Shown: positions 49,670 to 58,690 of the stretch, in pieces | Layout of the letters: each line of letters opens with the position of its first letter | Numbering within the stretch: the first letter of the stretch is position 1 | Assembly: GCF_001447785.1 (NCBI RefSeq) | Contig: NW_015174844.1 | Coordinates: 408,525 to 472,524 of the forward strand | Length of the DNA stretch: 64,000 nucleotides | Direction: 5' to 3' | Source: Gekko japonicus | Lineage: Eukaryota | Position numbers and translations under genes: made by a program | The notes under the pieces: generated by a model | What the model was told of the DNA's origin: nothing | Database searches by the model: none | The model's input: the letters and a program-made list of their open reading frames with translations, nothing else

Positions 49670-51487
49670 ACTTCCGGTTTATAGCGTCCCGGGGATGTAA
49701 ACTGCACACCAGCATGTGGGAGGGGGTCCGACAGGTCGTGCCCCCCCCGAGCCTTGGTAAAAGGCTCCCAGCCAGGGGGCTTTTGAGGGGCGACCTCTTC
49801 GATGGCCGAAAGCCGGAGAATTGAGGCGCCCCTCCGCCCTGAAGGTCCTGCTGCTGAGTGACTGCATGGTACGAGTGCTGCTGACCGGGACAAGCTTTGG
49901 AGATCGGGCAAAATAAATGATGATGAGCAACGCCGAATGGCCAACAGCGAACTGTGAGTCGGGTTGAAGCGAGCATAAAGATATAAAAAGAAGCTGCCCC
50001 CCCTAAAAAGCTATGGGAAAGTGAGCGGGGGAGGGATCCCTCCCAAACGCATAGACAAAACACAGACGGAAACAGGGGGGAGCAGAAAAATAAGCGACTA
50101 AAACTGTTATAAGAGACTTACCAGAATGCAGAAAAGCGTTTGGGTGAATATCAGAAACTTTAGCAACTGCTTTGAAAAGTAAACAAATCCAAAAAGATGG
50201 CGGGGAAGAAACCGGAGAAAGAGAAGCTGTTGAAATCGAAACTAGGGGCCAGTCCTCGAACGGATGAGGTCACTGAGCTCTCAAAACTCTTAGCTGACTC
50301 CCTGCACCCCCTGCTGGATGAGATCACTGGCATTAAGCAACAACTGTTAGTAATTGGGCAGAGTGTCACAGCTCAGCAGATGCAACTGACTCAATCCTTA
50401 AAAGCAACAGAGCAAATGGGAGAGAAGGTGAAGGAAATGAACGTCACTACGAAAAAAGTTAAGAAAAAGGTGCAAAAGCTGGAAATGAAGCAAGCTACAA
50501 AAGAGTCAAAGCTTTTACAGCTACAAATGGATAAAGCAAATTTGATCCTGTGGTTTCAAGGGGTCCGGGAAATTGAAGGAGAGAATCTGAAGCAACGGCT
50601 GAGTGAAGCAAAAGCCCCAATGACAGATTTAACAGCAGAATACCTTTGCAGTGAGATGGGTGTGGTCTACAGGTCTTATTCATCGTACATTAAGAAAAAT
50701 AATCTGCCTGGGGAAATAGTGGTCAGATTCTCGAAGAGACATGTGAGAGATGCTATTTTGAAAGCAAATTCGGGAACACCCTTGAAAATTGGGGGCAATA
50801 ATATCAGGATTTTAAAAGACATTCCATTTGACGTAAGACAGAAGATAAAGAACTATAAAGAATTAATCCTTTTCTTACAAACAAATGACATCAGTTACAG
50901 GTGGTTAACCCCAGAAGGCGTCATTTTCAAGATTAACGATAAAAAAGAAAAGATTGACTCTGTTTTTAAAGCACATGAATTTCTGCGGACACAGCTTGGG
51001 GAACCAGAAGATGGCAAAGAGGAGGGGGGGAAAAGCAAATCTAATGGCAAGTTGGGCTCGGGGTCTTTGGACGAGGACTCCCCTTCTGAAAAGGGGGTGG
51101 TTGCCCCCAAAAGCCCTTACAAACTGTGGATTAGAAAAGATAAGAATAAATAAGGGCTGAAGGTCTCTGATTTGTGCCTGAAAAAAATGTTGAAATAACT
51201 TGGGGATGCTCTGGGAATTTCTTTAAACAGTTAAAGGGATAGTTAAACGATAATTAATCTAGCATAACAGACTAAGTTCATTGTATTATTAGTAGCTTTT
51301 TGAAAATAGCATGGTGTTAAGCTGATGTATGATCTCCTACTCTTGGGTTTTAGTTAGTTGTGGGTCTTTTTTCTTTACTCCCTAGATGTAGCTCCCTTTC
51401 CTATATTTTCTGTTGTAGTTTTGTAGTCTGGGGGGAAAAACCCCAATAAAAACCTCCCCCTAGGGGGATGAAAAAAAAGAAAAAAAG
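49670..51487 (+). mobile_element. ORF1-only (half-L1/HAL1-like) retroposon, copy 3, full length with an intact ORF
   Basis: 16-bp TSD AAAAATGGTGTGACTC at 49654-49669 and 51488-51503. Starts ACTTCCGG; CpG-rich 5'UTR; one ORF; AATAAA at 51445; poly(A) at 51471-51487; no ORF2. Confidence 0.93.
50197..51153 (+). CDS. L1-type ORF1 protein, 318 aa (coiled coil, RRM, CTD, acidic/basic tail)
   Basis: Open ORF in a strong Kozak context (AAGATGG). Heptad-rich N-terminal half; NLILWFQGVRE, PGEIVVRF, IRILKDIPF and YRWLTPEG are typical of L1 ORF1p (Transposase_22-like) by recall. Confidence 0.88.
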   Translation: MAGKKPEKEKLLKSKLGASPRTDEVTELSKLLADSLHPLLDEITGIKQQLLVIGQSVTAQQMQLTQSLKATEQMGEKVKEMNVTTKKVKKKVQKLEMKQATKESKLLQLQMDKANLILWFQGVREIEGENLKQRLSEAKAPMTDLTAEYLCSEMGVVYRSYSSYIKKNNLPGEIVVRFSKRHVRDAILKANSGTPLKIGGNNIRILKDIPFDVRQKIKNYKELILFLQTNDISYRWLTPEGVIFKINDKKEKIDSVFKAHEFLRTQLGEPEDGKEEGGKSKSNGKLGSGSLDEDSPSEKGVVAPKSPYKLWIRKDKNK

Positions 51488-53922
51488 AAAAATGGTGTGA
51501 CTCCAGGGATCCCTTTAAGAATAGAGTCCATTAGGTTTTGGAAGATCCCAGGAGCCATGCTGACCCCAAACTGTAGCCGTTGCACTTGGAAAGCACCCTG
51601 GTGTGTCACTATGGTTTGGGCCTGTTGGTAGGCCTGCACTAAGTCCAATTTCCCAAAGATTTTTGCACCAGCCAGCATGGCCAGGACATGGCTGATGACT
51701 GGCACTGGGTAGGCATGGTCCTGCAGTGCCTTGTTAATTGTGCATTTGTAGTCCGCACAAATGCGGACGTCCCCATTGGTTTTAATAGGAGTGACTATTG
51801 GCGTCTCCTAGAGCATGTGGGGGACCGGCTCCAGAACCCCTTGGGCTGCCAAGTGATCTATCTCCTCCTCCGTCTTGGGTTTCAGTGCAAAAGGGACGTG
51901 CCAAGCCTTGAACCTTATGGGCCACACCTCTGGGTTGAGCTGGAGTGAGATTGGGGGGAGGGGTCAGTGTAATTGCCAAGCGTTCTATCAAAAATGGCTG
52001 GAAACTCATCACACACCTGCCGGAAATCCCATAGTTCATTTTGGTTCATCCCCGTTACCTTGAACCCCAAGAGTGCAAACCATGCCAGCCCCAACAGACT
52101 CGTGCGCTGGCCCTCGACTACAAATAAGTCCAACAAACCATTGAATTGCCAGTACTTAACCTGGAACTTGCCCACCCCTTTCACGGCCACCATGTTCTGT
52201 TGAAAGTCTCTGAGGACGATGCTGGCCAGTTTAAGGTGAGGCCCTCCCCCAGGGCACAGCCTCTGTAGAAATGATGGTCATGGAAGACCCTGTGTCCAAC
52301 TCCATCCTGCAAGGGGTGCCCTCGATTAACACAGTCACCTTTTTTGGGGTGTCCTCGGGCAAATGTACTACCTGCAGTGGCTGGACGGACGTGGTGTGTA
52401 GCTCTTCGGGGTGCAAGCACTCCTGGTTAGTTGCCTGTCTCTTCTGGGTTCCCTTTGAGTGACAGGCGCATACAATGTGGCCGGCCTTCCCGCAACTCCG
52501 ACACGTTGAATCCCTGGAGCAGCAGGAGCGGTATTCATGGAGGTCCCCTCAGCTGGTGCAGAGCGTTGGTGAGGCAGTCTTGGTGGTGCGGCGTGGGCGC
52601 AAACCCGACGAGGCAGATGGGTGAGCATCTCGGCGAGCTGGACAGTGCATCTGCATGCAATTCCATCCACTTCCTCAAACAACTACCAATGATAGGCTGT
52701 TGTCAGAACCATTAATTCCTCATTGGCCACCTCCAGAGTCTTGGTGGGCTATTGTTCTGGAGCTCCGAGCTCAGCCAGTCTCTGGTAGAAATAGTCCTGG
52801 AATGTTCCAGTCCCAATCCATAACATCTTCAGAAGCAAAGCGCTTCACTTCTGTACTATATGCATTGCCAATGCTGTTGTTTCTCACTGTGTCATGTCTG
52901 GGCTGAAAAGGGAAGCTGTAGCTGGTCCCATATTCCTTTGCACTGAGAGTCAAATCCACACATATAAAACAGAGGGTGAATAGTATGTTTGTGTTTGTGT
53001 GTGTGTTAATTTTACAACAAATGTATATGGTGCTAAACTCTCTTGATAGCTTCCCTCCCCACAGACTGTTGCCAGACACTTTTCTCATTACATTCCAGTA
53101 CTAAATCTAAACTTGGTTGGGTAGGAAAACAGAGGGGAAGTGCGAGGAAGTAAGTGGTAGGCAGGGAGAAGGTGACCACACATCTTGATTACTCTAAAAA
53201 TCACCCACCATATGAGACTGGGGTAGACCTGGGTTTAAATAAACACACTATGCATGATCACATCTCGCTTGACTCAGTCAAGGAGTTCAGATGTACCATT
53301 TTATAAAAGGGCTAAGTGACAAATACAGGAACTGCTGCTGGATGTATTCATGTACAGCTTTCTTCAAACTGACATTTCTCTATGAAATGGAATCCATTTG
53401 AAGAAGAGGAATGTATGTAGGGGGGGGAATCCTATGTATGTTGGCATTTCAAATTTAGGACTGGGTGTTCAACAAAATTTATTCATTCAACATGTTTATG
53501 ATGAAAAATAATTAAACATAATTAAATAAAAATAAACATATCCCCCCAAAGGCCAGATAACAATGTGGGTTAATCTAAGGTTTATTACAATCATTAAATA
53601 GCTGAATTGCAACTCTTTCTTTCTTACCAGCACAGGTTCTCTAGACTTCATCAGCATTTGTGCAGAACCACCCTGGCTAAGAGCTTGGAGCAATAATATA
53701 GCCATGCCTCATGTTTCCTTGTCTGCACTCTAAAAGGTGCCAAGAGATGCTACTCATCAATACATAGATCATTGCCTAATGGGATACATGTACCCCTAAT
53801 TCTTCATACCGCTGCATTAGAGTGGACTGGATGGCAGGATAAGGAATCTTTATTCTCCCAGCTTCCGCTACTGTTCTCTGCAAGTCCCTGTTGTCATATC
53901 ATCTAGCAGTATCTACCTTGCA

Positions 53923-54207
53923 CAGGGCTGCCACTTTCCTGACAGCGGTAGGGGATTGCCCACCCCTGGCTCACATCTCCTGCTCCCACTTTTGTGGCTA
54001 CTTGGAGAAAAATAATCAGGGGAAAAGCCATCAGTCATGATGCGATATCACTTCCAGGGAAAACCAGGAAGTGATACCTGTCGTCTCTAGGAGTCACTGG
54101 AAACACTATAGGTTTTCCCTGGAAGTGACATCACACTTGCCAACGGCACACCCATGTCCCCACCCCCCAGACTCCTGTTGATTGCCGGCCACTGGCTGGC
54201 AACCCTA
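53923..54207. mobile_element. Decayed hAT MITE (TAGGGTTGCCA-type)
   Basis: CAGGGCTGCCA...CTGGCAACCCTA; internal inverted repeat ATCACTTCCAGGGAAAACC / GGTTTTCCCTGGAAGTGA; TSD not seen. Confidence 0.65.
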
Positions 54208-55678
54208 ATCCTATGGGATTCTACTGGTATCCTTCCATATTTTTTCAGACCACAGAAGTGCCACCTCTAAAGGACTACTCCCTAGATAGCTCCAGGTCTT
54301 TTTGGGCATGGTGGCTGAGTGATATATGTAAGGTATGGCCAAAAGGGGGCCTTGCCGAGCCCCATTCTCACTGAAGGCTAGCCAGTTTCTGGCATGGCAT
54401 CACTTGGTGTGATCAAACAACTTTTCTCTATAGAAACCGGGAAACATCCTTTGAGCAACAATTTGTGGTGGGGTTTGCCATGGGATTAAAAAAGCAAGCT
54501 GATAAAATTAGAACAATGCCTGTCAGCTAAACAGTGTTAGTTCCCCCCCACCCACTGCAGACCTCCAACCCCCCATCTGTTCCTGAGGGGGGGGTGTCCC
54601 CTGTTTTCCAGGAGCAGCATTTCAAGGGCTATTTTAGCCTACAACAAAAAGGGGGAAGCCCTGCTAGCAGAAATCCCTTCTGTCAGTGGAAACTGCTGCT
54701 GGATCCAAACCAGTATATGGAAGATCATGAAATAATAAGAATACTACCTGTTTATAATTTATTTATTTAAGCTATATAAAAAGAAGATAATTACAAACCA
54801 GTAAGTTTGATTAGAGTTTTAGGTAAGTCAAATTCTTTCCATCTTCACAACTTCACAAATAAATGTCAGACTTGTGATATGTGAATTAGTAATAAAGGAA
54901 ATGGATATTTCATGTATATCCTGCCTCTACAAATCTGGGACTAATTATATGCCAAATCCATTAAGTAATGCCACCCAGTTTGGTTTCTTTTGACTTGCTG
55001 GCACACCATTTAATATTATTTTCCAGTTTTGAAAATATAAAGATCACTTTGTTTTTCTGCTGCCCTCAGCCTTCCAGACAGAGCTGGAGAAGGAGTGATA
55101 AAAACTGCCCTTCTATATTTTTTTAAGAAAGAGTCTCGATTTTTATTATATTACTTTTGTTTTTTGGAATAATTTGGAGAATCGCAAGAAGGCTTGACTT
55201 ACTTTTCCTTAAAATTACTTACCTTTAGAAGCCAGTTAAAGCTTAAGAAGCGAAAAACACAGTCAGAACTACTAGTTGCTCAGGCAGGTCTTGTCAATCA
55301 CCTCTAGGTCTTCCCTTGTTGAATGGTGGGTGGGTGGGTAGGGAAGAACAGGCATCCTGTCAGTCCCAGCCATGGCTTCCTCATTGGTTAGAAAAAAAAA
55401 GAGAGTATGGAACATGCCTGTTTACACTGTATAATTAATCACATCATATAAATCAATCTGAATAAAACCTGAACAACCAGCCAATATGGCTACCCTAACA
55501 AAGAAGGACGAGTGGCAACTGTGGCAATTTGCTCTGGACCCCTACAGAGAAAGGGGCCCTCAGCCTCAATCTCCCTTCTATGCACCCAAATGCAGAATGG
55601 GTTTTGTTGTTCTCCTTTTCTTCCTTAGTTCCTAACTTGACACAGGTTTAGAACAGTCAATGTCAAAATGTTAATATC

Positions 55679-56199
55679 GGCTGCGGTCACACGGAACAGA
55701 AGCCACACAAGTGAGACGGAAAACAGGCGGAGTTTCCGGGCGCGATCTCACCAGCACATCTGGGAAGCGTAGCACTCCCATGGCTCAACCGAGGCTTCCA
55801 GCTGAAACTGCGTGGCAAAAAACTAGTACCTCGGAGGTACTAGTTTCCGGAAACTGCGGGGCAAGGGCGGGCGTTTGATCGCGTTTCCGGTGGCATCCGG
55901 CGCCCGCCCATGTCCCCTTGCAAATAAGGTGGGGTTTTTTTGTCCAAGTCTCTGTGGATGCGCACACGCACCCAACAGAGCATGCGCATTTGTCGTGTAC
56001 ACACCAAAAAAAACCAGTTTGCCGCGGCGCACGCTTCTTCATTGCGCGCCGGCTTGTCCTGTGATCAGCACCTCTCCCTTGCCATGGAACCTCCACGGTA
56101 CCTCCACGGGAGGTCTGATCGCGTAACTGCGCAGTAGTTTGCCCCAGGGCAAACAGCCACGCTTCTCCCCCGCAGTTTCCTGCCTGTGTGACCAGGGCC
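55679..56199. mobile_element. CpG-rich Harbinger-like non-autonomous element
   Basis: Imperfect TIRs GGCTGCGGTCACACGG / CTGTGTGACCAGGGCC; internal palindrome AAACTAGTACCTC-G-GAGGTACTAGTTT at 55820-55846; repeated GAAACTGCG motifs; TSD unclear. Confidence 0.62.
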
Positions 56200-57164
56200 T
56201 TTGTTTACTTAATGGCCTGTCACTGAGGTAAACTCTCTCTGTCTTGTCATGCTTCCATGTCAATGAATGGGAAAAACTCACTTGTTCCCAGGGCAAAAGA
56301 AAAGCCATCCACAGAAATTCTCACCTGTGATCGGTGTGTACAAGAATTCTCGTGTGTGGCCCTGAGCTTTGTACATACACTTGTGGGCCACTGTGGGGCC
56401 TTCTTTAGTCCCCATAAACTCTGGGTAGCCCACATAAGCAAGAAATGCCAGAGCTGAAACCTTCCCTACCAGGGATGTGCAGTGAACAGAAAGCTGCACC
56501 TGCTAATGTTTATCAGTTAGACAAGTAAGAAAGGCACAGGAGTTTTACGGAAGGTATTCTTTGCAGGTGGAGTTCTCTGCTCATCAGCAATCCCTACAGA
56601 CAAAACTTTGCATTGGGACAGGTGATGGTCATTCAGACATTACCAGAGACAGGCTTTTCCTGATATGGAGCTTAATCTCTGTCAGAAAAAGTAGCATTCA
56701 AAGCAGCCTGAACTTGTTCTATCTTACCCTCACTTGTGATGAAGATCCTTCAGGGCAAGCTAGGTTAGTACATGTGTAATTGTCTGGAATTTAATATGCC
56801 AGAGGAAGGGAATCCAGGACAATCCTCATTCCCCAACTGCATTGCTTTCCTACCAGAGGGACTTGTTCTGCATTAACATGTACAGTGCACACTAGATATG
56901 GAAGTTCTGTACATGCCCGAAATGTGGAAACAAAGACTACACATTAGACAACTATTCAAATTCCCATTTCAAAACTTTGTTGCAAATTGATGGGATAGAT
57001 AAGAGAGATGGATATGAGCAGAATGTTGAAGGTTTCGGGAAATTCAGGTAAAATATTACTAGAGGACACAGTGCTTCAATTGCTTCTTTAAGTGACATGT
57101 CAATAAAAGGAAAAGCCTTGCACTGTGATTTCTGTTCTCTGTAATGTTGCCCATTTGTAAACAG

Positions 57165-57201
57165 TGTTGTTGTTGTTGTTGTTGTTATTATTATTATTAT
57201 T

Positions 57202-57239
<38 letters not shown>

Positions 57240-57246
57240 TATCATC
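57165..57246. repeat. Compound trinucleotide microsatellite (GTT)n(ATT)n(ATC)n
   Basis: Directly visible; it explains the homopolymer-peptide ORFs at 56952-57539. Confidence 0.97.
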
Positions 57247-57300
57247 CCTATCCCAGCTTGCGCCAGGCTCTGGGCGATGTACATGGGGGCAAAATGCCAT

Positions 57301-57570
57301 CTTATATATATAATTATCCTAATGCATTGGCCATTTCCAGCTCTCCCATTTGCTGTGCGGTGCGCTCCATCAGCCATTGGCCCATCAACTGCCACTCAAG
57401 AGTATTCGCGTGCAATTGGCTGGGTACTGGGTCTGCTCCTCTTCCCCGCCCACTGCCACTGTTCCCTGTAAGAATAACTGCCAAAACAGCCATCTCTCCT
57501 GATGAAGACACTTCTCCTGCTTGGCTCCTCTGGGACTAATTTTTCCCTTAGTGGCTGTTGCTAGGCAAAC
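57301..57570 (-). promoter_or_regulatory. Candidate Pol II promoter: TATA, three CCAAT boxes, GC box, RFX X-box-like site
   Basis: Minus strand: TATATATAAG at 57310-57301; RGCCAAT at 57326-57330, 57376-57380 and 57415-57419; GGGCGGGG at 57444-57451; GTTGCTAGGCAAAC at 57557-57570. Local CpGs retained. Confidence 0.5.
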
Positions 57571-57653
57571 AAGCTTGGTTCTGTCAGTAAAAAGGCAAAG
57601 GAATGAAGCCCTTTCCAGGCCTTTGTGGGGAACTCATTGGGGCCAGTCCTGAC

Positions 57654-57832
57654 TAGGGTTGCCAGCTCCAGGTTGGGAAATTCCTGAAGATTTTGTGCTG
57701 AAGTCTATGGAAGCCAGGGTTTGGGGAGGCCTCAGCTGAATAGAATGCCATAGAGTCCACCATCCAAAGCAGTTATTTTCTCCAGGGGCAGAGAGAGATC
57801 TTTTTTCTGGAGTTCAGTTGTGATACCAGGTG
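57654..57832. mobile_element. hAT MITE fragment
   Basis: TAGGGTTGCCAGCTCCAGGTTGGGAAA start; reverse complement of the 20844-21062 body. Confidence 0.75.
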
Positions 57833-57837
57833 ATACC

Positions 57838-58035
57838 ACAGCCAGTGTGGCATAGCAGTTAGCACTTCAGATCAGGGTCTGCCAGACCCAGGTTCTTGCT
57901 ATGGAAGCCGAGTGGGTGATTTTGGACCAGTCACAGACTTTTAGCCTAATCTACCTCACAGGGTTGTTGTGCAGATCAAAAGGGGAAGAGGAGAATGATG
58001 TAAGCTGCTTTGGTCCCCACTGCAGAGAAAGACTG
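57838..58035 (+). mobile_element. Older Squam3-like SINE
   Basis: AGCCAGTGTGGCATAGCAGTTAG head; CTACCTCACAGGGTTGTTGTG body. Confidence 0.7.
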
Positions 58036-58244
58036 TATGTTTCCTCCTGGAGAACCATTGTTGCCAATCTGCAGGTAAGGGCTGGAGATCACACAGAATT
58101 AGAACTGCTCTTCAGATGGCAGAGATCAGTTTCCCTGGAGAAAACAGTGGACTCTGGGTCATTATACGACACTAAGGTCACCACAGCAAATTGATGCTGA
58201 GTGCCCAAGGCCAGGGCACGTGTCCAGAGCCTCTTTCTAGAGCT

Positions 58245-58690
58245 CGTTGTATTTATTTCCACAACAGGACTTATTCTTAGTAAAAACATAAAATATTAAA
58301 ATTCTACAAACCAGTTTAAAAAACTAAAAACACAATAGAGTCTATAATGATGGCATCATGGAAATTTTCAGCCTAACTTTGGACCACCAGGCCAGTTTCT
58401 GGGTAGGGGGAGAGAGAATTCATAGCAGCCATTCAGAAGGGGGAGAGGGGAAAAGGGATGGTGCCAGGCAAAGAAAAAACATTGCTGCCCTCAACCAAAA
58501 GCCTGGAGGAACATCTCTGCCTTGCAGGTCCTGCAGAATTGCATAAGATCCTGCAGGGCCCTGATGTCATTTGGCAGAGAGCTCCAACAGGTCGGGGCGA
58601 GGACCAAAAAGCACAGCTGGACAACCCTAGGGCCCGGGATCACCAGCAGATCATTATCAGTAGAACACAAGAAATGTAGTGCATTCCTTT
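58245..58690 (-). mobile_element. L2-like LINE 3' fragment
   Basis: Minus strand reads AFLVLAPTCWSSLPNDIRALQDLMQFCRTCKAEMF, an L2 ORF2 C-terminus pattern, followed by a T-rich UTR and (AAAT) tail. Confidence 0.7.

Larger units (their letters stand above)
47123..52825 (-). mobile_element. Decayed Ty3/Gypsy LTR retrotransposon with two nested insertions
   Basis: TGTTA...TAACA ends; 5-bp TSD TCTTC at 47118-47122 and 52826-52830. 3'LTR 47123-47412; PPT 47413-47423; partial 5'LTR ~52653-52825. Domain order: gag knuckle (CGKAGH), protease (ELDTGS), RT (RLQFG..APGIFQ..FFDD), RNase H (CDAS..YYSRTL), integrase (TDNG..NGQAER). Confidence 0.95.

Noticed and set aside
50197-51153. Domesticated host gene such as L1TD1
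   Set aside because: It has a TSD, a poly(A) tail, sits inside a Gypsy element and has decayed dispersed relatives, so it is a mobile element copy.
56952-57539. Poly-M/I/T, poly-D/N and poly-C/Y/H proteins
   Set aside because: They are translations of a trinucleotide microsatellite in different frames.
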